This document shows, piece after piece, positions 1 through 11,339 of a DNA stretch of 32,000 bases. Within the stretch, counting starts at the first letter, position 1. Each line of letters begins with the position of its first letter. The notes beneath the pieces are model-generated. The model was not told the origin of the DNA. It ran no database searches and was given only the letters and a program-made list of their open reading frames with translations. Location of the stretch: assembly GCF_000195855.1 (NCBI RefSeq), contig NC_002677.1:780001-812000 (forward strand), read 5' to 3'. Source of the stretch: Mycobacterium leprae TN (GTDB lineage Bacteria; Actinomycetota; Actinomycetes; Mycobacteriales; Mycobacteriaceae). A program made the translations under genes and the position numbers.

Positions 1-127
1 GCTGCAAGAGATTCAGGCGGTGATTGGCGCGGCTCGCGAAGCACAGAAAAAGGGTGATTTCGTCGCCTATGGTTCGGCGCTACAGCGGCTCGACGACGCC
101 ATCACTAAGTTCAACAGCACGAAGTAG
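1..127 (+). CDS. 3' end (last ~41 codons) of a gene entering from upstream; UPF0182-type membrane protein C-terminus (Rv3193c-like position)
   Basis: Frame starting at base 2 reads LQEIQAVIGAAREAQKKGDFVAYGSALQRLDDAITKFNSTK, then TAG at 125-127. Family assignment is from memory of UPF0182 C-termini and synteny. Partial only. Confidence 0.5.
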   Translation, partial: LQEIQAVIGAAREAQKKGDFVAYGSALQRLDDAITKFNSTK

Positions 128-283
128 GTAGTCCGTATCGGTTTTGCCGCGCCGCGAGCGGCGTGTCTGTACACCGGCACGCCGTAAACTCTGGGATTCT
201 GCGTGTGTTCGCCGTGCGTGCCACCGCTTCGGACAGGCGATTTGCTGACATTCGGCGGTGTTCGGTAACCTTGCATTTATCGA

Positions 284-360
284 CGCGGGGTGGAGCAGCT
301 CGGTAGCTCGCTGGGCTCATAACCCAGAGGTCGCAGGTTCGAATCCTGTCCCCGCTACCA
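284..360 (+). tRNA. Initiator tRNA-Met (anticodon CAT)
   Basis: 77-nt cloverleaf with encoded CCA at 358-360. Anticodon loop is CTCATAA. GGG/CCC closes the anticodon stem. Acceptor stem is 5' CGCGGGG / 3' CCCCGCT, giving a C1:U72 mismatch. T-loop is TTCGAAT. The three G:C pairs and the 1:72 mismatch are initiator hallmarks. Confidence 0.95.
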
Positions 361-566
361 GGAAAATGGCCCTCGGAGACTTCTTCGAGAGCTATTTTCA
401 TGCTCGATGAGCACGCTTTGGACACATTAGCTAGACTTGTTAGTTGCCTGAGAAGTCTGTTTCGTGGGTTGGGTCCCACCCTTTCTTTGCTTATGATGAT
501 TGCGGTCCGCTGTGCCACGGTGTCTTCGTCATCGTTTGCCAAACGCGGTTTCCCAGAAATTCACCG

Positions 567-851
567 CTAAAAGCTGTTCTCCTGGGGAGCTTTAGCACCC
601 GAATTGGCATGCCAGTAGCCGTTAGCCAGTCGGCGATCATCCGAAAGCAGGTCGGTGCCAAGGTGCTCGGCGAACGTCATGTATCTTGCGTCAGCGCAGG
701 TGACATTTGCCCGCAACCGCCCCGCACTTCGCTAAGAACAGTTCGTGTACCCAAGGCAGTCGTCCGGCAACGACGCCTATAGCGCTCGCCCGCGCAGCGG
801 GTCGGCGGGCAGTTCGACGTCAGCGGAGGTGTCGATGACGATCGGGTTCAC
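567..851 (-). pseudogene. VapC-like PIN-domain toxin, decayed
   Basis: One minus frame from GTG (851-849) reads VNPIVIDTSADVELPADPLRGRAL*ASLPDDCLGYTNCS*RSAGRLRANVTCADARYMTFAEHLGTDLLSDDRRLANG...*. IVIDTSA and DA.Y..A..L...L.S.D.RLA match the N- and C-terminal PIN acidic motifs. There are two in-frame stops and the middle is shortened. Confidence 0.6.
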
Positions 852-1040
852 ACCTCGCCAGCGGCGCGCTTAGGCGAGGGGGTCAGCAACCCGGCCACCC
901 CGGGATCGACTGGTTTTTCCACCTGACGACGATCAAGCTAGGCGGTAGAACGACTCTGGCGTGATTTGATCATTGGGGTCGTGGACGACCACAGCCGGGT
1001 CCGACGGGATATCAGGGAAGCCCATCCACGAACTCCACCC
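848..1040 (-). pseudogene. Possible VapB-like antitoxin remnant upstream of the PIN gene
   Basis: Minus frame ends ...LDRRQVEKPVDPGVAGLLTPSPKRAAGEV* with TGA at 850-848. This overlaps the PIN GTG (851-849) as GTGA, typical toxin-antitoxin coupling. An in-frame TAG lies at 940-938. No diagnostic DNA-binding motif was recognised. Confidence 0.3.
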
Positions 1041-1872
1041 TATCGAACTACACGAATGTGGCGGTAATACGATAATAATATAAATAGTAGTTTAGCCACA
1101 TACCCGGACACCTGTCGGGACCCGAGACTTCAGGTGTGTTTACCTGTACTCCCCCGGATTCACCTCCCTAGAGGGAAGAAGGATCATTCTGTGGCAGTAG
1201 TGTGCGGACCGTCGGTCGATGGAAGTGGGCCCGGCTTGTGGCTTGCGATGTCGGTTATTTTGCTGTCACTCCCAATCGTAGATCCCCGTCTTTCCGGAAT
1301 ATGCGCCCTAACTTGCCGGCGGGTTTGTCTACGCTTTTTATGATGTTGCCGTTGCTGCCGTCGACGGGAACGCCTAGCGAAAAAGGCAACGTTTGCTCGG
1401 AAGGAAAAAGTCACTTTCACGTCGAAGCCACCGCATTGACGCCAGTCCGGCAACAGGTTCGTCAGTTGTGTTTGGGCTGTGCTGCGCCACGAAAAGCTGT
1501 GACCGCAGCAATGATTTGCATCAAGTTGCTGGGGTCACGTGTGTCGGAGAATTGTGACGCGCGATAACTGAAGACGGCTTCGACGTTTTAGGCGTCCGGT
1601 GTGCTAGGGCGGGTGTTTGCCCAGCAAGTCGGGCGACCGATATGTCTTTGCATGTACCCCCTGTGATGTGGTTTTACGTTTGCTCTACTGTCAGGTTCTG
1701 GTCGCCGGTGATGTCCTTGGCGTCGCCGAGACCAGACAACAGCGGAGCTGTAGTACCCGGCCGCAACCGTGTCCGGCGCTGCGGTGGCGGTGTCGTGGTG
1801 GGAGCCACGGTGTTGTTCTAGGTGATGCCAGTTAGGGTTACCCACCCGACCAATGCGACGATGGCAAGGGTG

Positions 1873-1886
1873 ATATATATATATAT
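1873..1886. repeat. (AT)7 dinucleotide microsatellite
   Basis: atatatatatatat read directly at 1873-1886. It is bracketed by a 13-nt inverted repeat, gttagggttaccc (1831-1843) and gggtcaccctaac (1892-1904), with one mismatch. Confidence 0.9.
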
Positions 1887-2001
1887 CGACAGGGTCACCC
1901 TAACGAGAGCGCGGTCACGCTCGCCGGTGCGACTGGCTTCTTCGCTGCAGCTTCCACTTGGTTCTTGCTAGCTGCACGAACGCGCTTGCAGTTTCTCAAA
2001 G

Positions 2002-2250
2002 CTAGCGAACAAACTTGGCGCCATAGTCAACCGTTTGTATACTCGGTGCCTGCGTGCGGCTACTCATCGTGTGTCGATTGCGCTGCTTCGTGAGATGTTC
2101 GATCAATATGGTCGTCGACAAAATGCCGAGCTTGTAGAACACAGCTTGTAGAGCACTACGACCACCTCGAATTTTGATGTACTTCGATGGACTGACGCGT
2201 AGCTTCACCGAGTTCCGTGACAGTCGTCGTGATGATCTACTCCACCTCAA
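2002..2250 (-). pseudogene. Possible XRE-family HTH (antitoxin-like) remnant
   Basis: The 82-aa ORF contains IKIRGGRSALQAVFYKLGILSTTILIEHLTKQRNRHTMSSRTQAPSIQTV. This loosely fits the XRE pattern R...g.sq..lA..lGis..tis..E.G.r.P....l..la.al.v. Weak call. Confidence 0.3.
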
Positions 2251-3129
2251 TCATATACCCGATCGAATACGACGGTCCGGCATGGATCGGGGCTGCCGAC
2301 GAGGGGTTGTCGGCCGGATCTGGATTACTACGGCACACCTAGGCGAGAAGCTGGCCCGAATCGGGGTCGTACCCATTGCTGTCTACCGCAACGGACGAAT
2401 TCACCGGATCTGGGAGACGATCCGGCCAAGTTGGCGCGGTGTCGCCGTGTTCGAAAGTTACTGACAGCACAGCGTCAACGGCTCCATCGGCTCATCAGTT
2501 GAGTGGCAGAGCAATGACCACTGGAGCACAGTAGCGGGAGGTTGTTGCTGACGGCCCTGTTCGCTAGGTAAAGCTGGAGCGTGGAATGAAAATAGGTGCA
2601 GCGCGTATTGGGGTCGGTGGTCCGTGTAGTTGACGTTTTCCACTAGTTCTGTCAGCGGATTGCCTGTCTTGCCTTGAATCGACGACGCATAGCAGGCCGG
2701 CTTACGCTTTAGCTCGCCCACCGTCAGCCAGACACCAAGTCAGTCGGTCCTCGTCGTTGGCGCCGGGATAGCTGGCTGGGGGGCCGGAGATCGACACCGC
2801 CTGCTATTAAACCACGTCCATCATTGCCGCCAACAGCTCCCGACGCAACATCGGGGGACACGATTTCTAGCGTCTAACACCCTGTTACGGTACGGCTTGC
2901 GCTTGGACGGCTGTGCCGAATTGGCGCCGATTCGTGCCTTCGTTGTCGAAGTCAGGTTAAACTCGCGACTATCCAACGGGTAGCAATGCCGCCGCGTTCG
3001 AGAAGGAGCGGCAATGAAAGTTTATAGACTACCTCGGTGTAGCCCAAAATCAACCCTACAACCGACCTATTGCACGATGCGTTAACAACCGAGCCACGCC
3101 TTACCTGTCCACGCGGCACTCCACTAGTA

Positions 3130-3822
3130 TACATAAGTGTTCAGGGTGACCGATGGTTACTACAACATAAATATGCTTAATACTAACACTCGGTTTCACC
3201 CGGGTGATCCGAGTGTGGTTGTGTCAGATCATCGACTCGGCCGCTGAATAATGGGTGATCGTGTTCGATCACCGCGGCCACGGACGTAGCGGTGTACCAT
3301 CGTGTGGTGCCTACAACCTCAAGCACCTTATTTCCAACTTCGATTCGGTGCTAGATAGGTGACCTTGACCCCGCACGAACGCGCGCTTCTAGCTGGGCAC
3401 TCGATGGGAGGCATTACCATTTTTACCTGGCCGGACTGCTACCGCGACAAGGTTCACCGGCTCGCTGACGCCGGAGCGGTGATCAACACCACGACCGGGG
3501 ATCGGGTGCGTAAGGCAAAACTAGCTATCGGTTTCCCCGCGAGTTGTCTTCGGCTTGAGCGGTGGTTGGCCGGGCTCTCGTAAATGCGCTCGTCGGGTTT
3601 ACGCTTCCTGGTGCTGTCAGCAGCATACCAAGTCGCTTTTTGTTGTGCTGCCGTCCTGGCCTGGGTGGTCTAACGATGCCGACGCTCATCGTCGGTAGTG
3701 CACACGATCGATTAACGCCGATCAGCCAGCCCTGCAGGATTGTCCGCACCGCGCCCGATGTGGTGGCCTTGCTGAGTTGCCCAGTGGGCATTGCTCGATG
3801 CTATAGCGACACAAAGAGGTAA
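3130..3822 (+). pseudogene. Alpha/beta-hydrolase (non-haem haloperoxidase/hpx-like), frameshifted
   Basis: VFDHRGHGRSG at 3261-3293. The nucleophile elbow LAGHSMGG is in ORF 3359-3583. PTLIVGSAHDRLTP is in ORF 3562-3822. Three frames and internal stops are needed to join them. Confidence 0.7.
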
Positions 3823-3839
3823 ACTGCTAGCTGTGTGCA

Positions 3840-5040
3840 CTTGCCGCATCCGTGACCTGTCCACCGGTTGCAGCAGGCAATCTTAATACTAGCGTGGCGA
3901 TCTCGGCTGCTGATCGCTGGCCAGCCCAATGAATTGGTCCTGTCGGCTCGTGTAGCCACCACCCGGATCGTGTTCACGCCCCTATACTGCTACAGTTTTT
4001 TCTCTCGGAGCGAATTCCTCTGTGCTCCAACTAGTATCTGAATGGCCGAGAGAATTGAGTGGGTTGTCGCCAAATAGCGACGCCAAGCAGCGTAACGTGT
4101 TGCGGCGGCGTTGCTCGGTGGGTAGCGTGTCGAACACACGGGCGTCGGTGACATCCATCAGGATGCCCCGCCCTTCGCCTGGTGGGCTGACGTCGAAGGT
4201 GATGAATACCAGGCCGTCGTCGGACAGCGGCCCATGCCGGGGAAGATAATTCGTTGGGGCGCGCCAAAACAGCGTGGAATAAGCGGCGTAGGCCTTGCTG
4301 AGCCGGCCCTATGGTCAATGCTGAGCGAGCTTCGCGTAACTCGCGTGGTGGGAAACGGCGAAGTGAACTCGATGGTGGTGTGATGAGCCGGCGGTATGCC
4401 GACGATGATGAATCCGGCCTCGGTTTGTACGTCGTCGGCGGTGGCTGTCACGCCAGCATCGTGTCTGGCAATGCTATGAACCGGTGCGTTCAGTACAACG
4501 CGGTTACCGAGTTCAGCTGTTGTAGCTTCAGCAATCCGCTGTGTGCCATTGGGGAAAAGGCTCTGCTGGGCAACGTTCTTAGCGTTAAGTAGCTAGTCCA
4601 GATCGCCAGCCGTGTGTGTAGCACGTGGTGTGCAGCATAGACACGTCGTCGGGTTCACATCCTCATGTCACCCAGGGCCATGCCTGCTAGCAGGTCATGT
4701 TATGAAGTGGTGGCGTGCACCGATTGTAACCAGGAACCGAGGGAGAGGATGGCCGAGCTAGTACGCTCGCTGGGCATCCCAAGGTGCCGCTACCGGGACG
4801 TCGCGGACAATTTTGTCGAATTGCTAACGCAGCCGGACGATATCAAGCAGTCCGATTAACAACAACTTGGGGGATGCTGCTGTAGTTGGGGAACGTTCAG
4901 TCTTGCCAATGAATTAGGTGTTTGCGTCGCGGTAGGTTGAGGTGGTCGGGACCTGGAGCTCGGCCGCCAGTATGAGTGCGGCGTTTTGAGCTGGCTCGAC
5001 GAAAGCGACGCTCAGATCAGCGGGTAAGCCTGCAACACTG
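3840..5040 (-). pseudogene. Flavin-containing amine oxidase (aofH-like), decayed
   Basis: Minus-strand reading ...[69 protein letters not shown] (about 4270-4570). N-proximal QNAALILAAELQVPTTSTY (about 4900-5000). C-proximal RVVATRADRTNSLGW. Multiple frame changes. Confidence 0.65.
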
Positions 5041-5049
5041 CCAATGAAC

Positions 5050-6089
5050 AAGTGCCCACCCACCCGGTTGTGGCACTCCAAGACCAGTATCGTGGCCCAG
5101 ATGCGTCAGTTCGCGAGCCGCAGTCAGCCCGGCGAAAACCGCCACTCACTACGACAACACCAACAGTCCAAGGCGCAAGGCTTGGTACGAGTTCCAGTCA
5201 ACCGCATTTTACTGGCTTCGTACGGTGCGGTTTTATCGCACGACAATCTCCGGCTTTCCGGGACTGTAGCACGAATCCCATCGTCGTCAGGCAGCGCGTT
5301 GAAAATCTTTACCGCTTTATATGGGCTCACGGACGTTACTGAGCGTGCTCGGGTGCTACGCGACGCTGTCGTGAGCAGCGTTGTCACTTTCGAATGATCG
5401 CATGACATCTTTGCTCCGTTGAGCTTGGTCGACGCAGTAGGAGGCTTCGATTTGCTGAAGAATGTTGCGATAGCGTTCCTAAGCAATCCAATTCACCTGG
5501 AGCATCACAGACTAACAATCACTAACTGCTCAGTGTCGTCCGGTTCATCCTCGACCTTGGTACCCAGGTTCGGCCACAGATCGAAAAGCGGTTCGGAGCC
5601 TAATTCGACCATCCGGTGACTAGCATGACCGAGATGATCGTGGTTTTGTGGGCGATCTTCGATGCGTGGCATTCTGGCGGTAGCTTGAACTTTTGCGGTG
5701 ATTACTACCGGAACACGCTGATGACGTCGGCTTTCCACCCAGTACCGAAAACCGTACCGGGCCGCCGCCGAGCACGTCGATGGTCTGTTGGTGATGTCGT
5801 TCGGCTCGAAGCATTTTTGCACCATGTCATGGTGCCTGCCGTGCGTGACGGCTTACTGGAAAGTGGTCTGTTAGGAAGATATTTCGCTGTCATTCTTGAA
5901 ATTTTTTGTCGGTTGGTGACATTGATTGGTGACGAGATGATGTAAACCATCGTGGCTTGCGGAACGCCCACTGATGTTGTTGCCCACATTCGCGGCCGGG
6001 TCGACGAGATCCCCGACACCGTGTGTGTAACAGCCCGCACTAATTGGGTTGAAAACACTAGCGTGATCATCGACGAGCTACGTGGCTGA
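5050..6089 (+). pseudogene. Luciferase-like (LLM, F420/flavin-dependent) oxidoreductase, decayed
   Basis: SLNFCGDYYRNTLMTSAFHPVP (ORF 5616-5945), AAAEHVDGLLV in a shifted frame, and C-terminal IVACGTPTDVVAHIRGRVDEIPDTV ending at TGA 6087-6089. The N-terminal boundary is uncertain and abuts the amine-oxidase relic. Confidence 0.5.
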
Positions 6090-7543
6090 CCTCGTCAGGG
6101 TGACATCGTGAACTAGTCGGCGAAGCCGGACGGGTCGTGGCGGCCCAGAATGCCGTGTTCGTAGAGACCTCAGCCCTCTCCACCGGGATCCAGTTGCTGC
6201 TGTGGTACACCGCGCGGCGAACATATTGATGACGTAGAAATCGGATCGTGCGACGATTGCCTGATCGGTCATATCGTAAGTCAGCTGTTTGAAGCACTTC
6301 TCGCCCTTACACGTGTTGTACAGCTAATACGAATCGTCGCCATAGCCGCCAATGTGTGGATAGGTCTCTCTAGTTTGGACTCTACATAGAACCGGACTCC
6401 GGTGCTGTCGGCGCGGATCGCGTCGATTGTCGCTCCGGTGCTGGTGCAGGTGCTGGAACAGTAGTGGATGGTGACCCATGGCTAGTCTAGCTGCTCGACC
6501 CGGCTGTCGCTCCACACCTGAGCTCAGTCGTTAAGCGAACGAAAACCGTGTTTTCCTTTTTGGATGATCAGTACTACGAGTGAAGTCTTCGAATGTCATC
6601 GGCATGTACAGTAGCCACGTGCATTCGAACGTCGGTTCAGCGGTCCGTTTCTCCGGTTCGGGCTCACTGATTGGCCAGCTGCCCTAGTACCGGTCGCGGT
6701 TGTCAAGCTAGTTAGTGGAGTCAACCGTGATCTTTTGCTCATCGACGATAATCAGTCCGTTTCAACCGGATAGTTGGGGGAATTGCTTCGCTTTCAGGGT
6801 TAATCAGGTTTCCTGATCGCAGGATGTGTGACTGATCCTGTATGATATTCAATAGGATTTCACAGGTGAAATTTGTTGTAATGAAAATTTTTTCATTGAT
6901 TATGGACTGTAGTTCGTGCAGAGGATCGATGATCCCGATTCGGTAGTTGTTGACGCACTGGTGCAATCGATGAGCACGAACGCTTCTTGGACGCCGAGGT
7001 TGGGGATAGTAGCCGACGCTGTTGATCAAAAAGAGGCTCTCGGTGCGGGTCGTGAGCGTTGAAGTGGGATCAATCATAGAAGTTGAGGTCGGGAGAACCC
7101 AGCCACGTGGTCGGTTGGGCAACAGGATGATCTGGGAATGAGTCGATCAGTCCTAGCATTAGTGGTTTTCTACAATAAGACTTTTCAGCGATACTGCGTG
7201 GTAGAACAATGACTTTAAGTCTTCAGGCTTGTCGTTTTCCCTAAGCGCACTTGTCGCTCCCCGGTGCGGGTAAATACGCAGGACCACATCACTCTGGAGT
7301 GGACGTAGCACCAAGGCAGTTCACCCACTTCGATGCTGGCGAGCCGTTGATAGATGGCGTGGAATTCGTCCTAACACCGTACTTCGGTCAGGTTAGGCAA
7401 CGTCGACAGACCGGCGATATCACAAAAACATAAAGTTCGTGTAGGTAATCCACGCTATATCGAGTTCACGGTGACCCAGTGTCACCATTTCCCAGTAAAA
7501 CACTGCGAACGGCTGAAAAGTCAGCGGTATAAGACATTGTCTA

Positions 7544-7669
<126 letters not shown>

Positions 7670-8316
7670 TTACCACGACCACACCAAATTACGATGTCTG
7701 TATAGCGCAGCATCGTCGACTCTAATCTACGCCAGAAAGGCAAGTGTGTTCTTAACGTTCGGGATCGAATGCAATGTGGTCCACACCTCGACGGCAGCAT
7801 CCCTGCATTTCACTCTGATGCTGCTTGGGAGCATCGGCGAACTAGTTTTTGCCCGAAGGCGTAAGTCATCACGTCGAATGATACCACGCGGTCGACTTAG
7901 TCCATCACGAAAAAGGTGTTCCAAAAACGTTGCCTGTGGTCTCGATTCAGCACACCTGCGGTACCGGGCACGTAGGTCAGCTCCGCTGACTAGCCGTATA
8001 ATCTCAAATTGGTTATCAAGCCGATCCGACGGAAACACTGGCGCGACGGTGGGGGTAGACGCCACTTGCACCACGAGTTTTGCTCTATTGGTTGCCCCTG
8101 CTGCCAGCGGGTGGTCACGACGATTATTTCTGATGACATGCCGGTAGTGTTCTACGCCGTTATCGATAACCACGTCCAGTATTATCTTTGTTGGGTCCTG
8201 GCCCGCTAGCCCTTGTGACAGTACTGTTGGCTGGGTCGGCGCGTTGCGAACGGAGCACTGAAGTCGGTCGATTGCCTCGACCCCCGGTTCGTTGGCCGTG
8301 GGGTTACCTTCATTAG

Positions 8317-8584
8317 TTGAGACTTATTTGCGGCAGTAACGCTACGATAAATAGCGTTAGGGAAGTAGACCCATCCGACGTTGATAAGACCCGCGGTGTC
8401 GGCTGTCCGCGAGATCCGTGTATCGACTTTGCAATCCTGTCAGCCACTGCGGAACTGTTGGTGGAAAGCGGTTACTCGAATCTCAGCTTGGCTGCGGTCG
8501 TCAAACGCGCCAGCATCACGAAATCTACGTTGTACCGTCGATGGTGGAGTAAGGCCTAAGCTGGTGCACGAGGCGGCATTTTAA
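8317..8584 (+). pseudogene. TetR-family regulator, N-terminal HTH only (truncated/frameshifted)
   Basis: GCPRDPCIDFAILSATAELLVESGYSNLSLAAVVKRASITKSTLYRRWWSKA then a stop. The sequence continues in a shifted frame as KLVHEAAF then another stop. No ligand-binding domain is readable downstream. Confidence 0.65.
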
Positions 8585-8591
8585 CCGGGTG

Positions 8592-9900
8592 CTAGCCATG
8601 GCATGGATCCTGGTGGCTCACGGTGCGGCTGTAGGGTTTGGCTAGATATCGGTGGATCGCGCCGTTAAATTGTTGTCCATAATCAGGCCTGTCGGGATCT
8701 CCTTGGAGGAGTTCATCGGGGTGGTGGGCGCGGTTGATCTCGGGTGTGCCACTGCCTTTGTTCCCAGCCAAATCGCCCGTTGCCGGTGACATTGGTGCGC
8801 CACTTGCCTTGGCTCGCCAGGTAGTTTTGATGGCTTCAGCTGAAGAACAGCTTGTTCGCGTGCGTTCCGCACACCGTGGGACCAATTTGGTGAATAGTGG
8901 ACTTCGCTGTGAGAACGAGGCTCAAGGCAGTTGGGATGGGTGCAGCCTTGGTAGCGGGCGTAACAAATGAATTTCTGGTCGGCTGTGGCGATGACGGTGA
9001 TGGGATGACCGCGGTGTACCTTGAGCTGTCCGGAAGCTATAGTGTTTTTCAAGTTGAAGTTGAAGTGTGTCGTGGCAACGTTAAGCGGGTGTATGTTTGG
9101 TCGTGCGCTTCAGGCTGGGTGCTATCGGGTTTGGTGACAGCCGAGCTGCACGGCGGCTTGTTGGGTGGCTTCGAGGTATGCGACGCAGGCCTCGGGAGCT
9201 AGCAATCCAGCTAGTCGGGACATGCTGTCGGTATCCTTGCGCGGCAATGTGTAGTCCTCGACGGCGTGCTCGGTCGTTGTCGTCGAAGTGGCCAGCGGGA
9301 TTGAGGTAGTCCGCGATGCACTGACCTAACTCAGTGACGATAGCGGCGTAGAGTTAGGTCGCATGCGTTAATCAGCGTGCGCTCGGCGTCAGTCTCAGCT
9401 GCAAGTGAGGTGCACGACGGCAGTACATCCACCGCAGCGCATATCGCTCGGATGTGTTCTTCGCCGACTTCACCCTGCGTCCACCGCGGTGGCAAGTTTT
9501 GATCATTCTGGGAGACAACGGGGGACTGGTCAGCGACTGTCGTGGCCGGATTCGGGCCGTGAATTTGAAGCGGCGAATGCTTTTCTCTGGGTGTGATTCG
9601 CATTCGCGCCCACAGCACTTCACGCACCGTTGGTGTGCACTCGTTGCCGTCAGGTGGATCGGCGATATCAGCGAAAAATCGATATATCACTTCACATTTG
9701 GAGCTGTCCTGAGTCTCTAGTCGTTCGACGATGTGTATGGTGTATGCGGAAATTGTACCAACCACGTCGGGGCTGATGTCGCACAGCACGGCGTGCGTAG
9801 CATCGATAGTGTCGAGAGTAGCGCTGATCTGCACCTGTGTTTCCTTGGCGCTCGCGAATGGTCACATATCCCGGTGGTATGGAACCTCTTCGTCAGATCC
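8592..9900 (-). pseudogene. HNH endonuclease / DUF222 protein (REP13E12-type family), decayed
   Basis: ORF 9331-9834 carries DUF222-like N-terminal helices (...AETDAERTLINA...). ORF 8642-9052 carries a degenerate HNH core, CTHPNC..(9)..SEVHYSPNWSHG, and a C-terminal tail, WLGTK....PRSTAPTTPMNSSKEIP. Fragments lie in different frames. Confidence 0.6.
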
Positions 9901-11339
9901 ACATGCTTCGTGGGGCGTCACGCACGGCTTGTGGACGAAGTGGCAACTGTGGACAAACCGGTGGTGTTGCCGTCTTGCAATTCGCGGCCAATCCTGGTCG
10001 CATGTCTGGTCGAATCGCTGTCTGATGTGCCAGTATCAAGTAGGCTATGTTGAACTCAAAACGCAGGCTGCAGCGGTTGTAGGCGACCGGTGCGTGGTGT
10101 GCCAATGCCCTGTATCGACAAGCTGGCTAGGCGCGTTGTCGTCCTGATTGTGCTGCTGATCCTCGTTGCTGCGGCGTTGCTCGGGTATCTTCCGGTTCAC
10201 CCTCGCTAGTCACCTGTCGAGCTAGGCAGCAGCCTGACAGCGAGGATCTTGGTTGTAGCGGTCCTCGTTGCGATGGTCGCGCTGTATGGTGATCGTGTAG
10301 TTGCGGAAACCCTCGCTTTGGCAACCAGGGCTGGGGAGCTGTCCGATATCGATATGCATGGAGGTGGGACGACAAGACCGACCTGGAGCGTGTTACTGAA
10401 CGGACTCGCGGTGATCGTGGCCTGGTTGCTGATCGTGATATTGCTGGCCTGGTTATTCGCGCCACACAACGTCAATCCCTCGGCTTCTATAACGGATTCG
10501 AGTGTACCGCTGGTGGTGCAGGATACCGAAACGCCACCGAAGCAGCTTCAACACGATACCGGGGACATGGTGGGAATCCTTCGTGCAAGCGCGGTACCAA
10601 TGTTTTGATTGTTGTCGCGGGTGCGGTTATCGGGCCGCGACGGCGGTGGCGCGCGGCTCAGATACCACGGCCGGTCTTCCTCACTGACGATAACGTCGCA
10701 TCCGTAACACTCACGAAGCATTCGGAATTATTGTTGCGAGCAGCCGAATTCGGCTTGGCCTAGATGTAGGACCTCACGTGAGAACCACGAGAGGCGATCA
10801 ACGTCTGTTACGTGGAGATGGAACGTGAACTTGCGCATGTTCTCGGAGATGTTCCCCAGGAATGCGGCACCTTGACCTAGGAATTCGATCGAAAAGTGGA
10901 TCATCATGCGCTGCATGATGATAACACTGTCCAGTTGGCGAACCTGTTCGAAGAAACACGGTTTATCTAGCATGTTATGAATGAGCGACATAGTGAGATA
11001 GCGGTCTAAGTGCTGCTGATAGTTTTTGTTGAGCTTCGGCGTCCACTATGAAATGGCTTATAGAAATAGGAATTTTACTGATCTCCTGAGTTGATCTGTT
11101 AGTACTGGTAGTGCGGGGTTGCCGGTTCGTTTTTGTGGGCGGCCGGTGTTGCTCTGGCCGTGGTGCTGCTCAATACGCCGGAAAAAATAGGACACGATGA
11201 CGAACCCAAGTTTGATAGGTAGCTTGACGATATGGGGATGGGTTACGCTGCTGGCTGTCCACTACTGAGACTACGATCTGTTGGTCTGAATCCATCTTTA
11301 CGGATTATGACCGCCATTTGCGTCCGACACTGGTGTGCC

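Noticed and set aside
111-542. 143-aa minus-strand ORF (and the 69-aa ORF at 67-276)
   Set aside because: It runs antisense straight through the tRNA-fMet gene and the end of the upstream CDS. The composition is Arg/Ala/Pro-rich, typical of an off-frame GC artefact.
7727-8173. Mutually antisense ORFs of 148 aa (minus) and 133 aa (plus)
   Set aside because: Neither translation shows a domain signature I can defend. Two-strand openness is expected in GC-rich former coding DNA, so this is left unassigned rather than called.
9331-9834. 167-aa minus-strand ORF considered as an intact gene
   Set aside because: It is only the N-terminal DUF222-like portion. The HNH core lies in a different frame (8642-9052), so the gene is broken.
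10249-10608. 119-aa plus-strand ORF with hydrophobic stretches, a possible membrane protein
   Set aside because: A long minus-strand ORF overlaps it, there is no start context or family motif, and it lies within a decayed region. Insufficient support for an intact gene.
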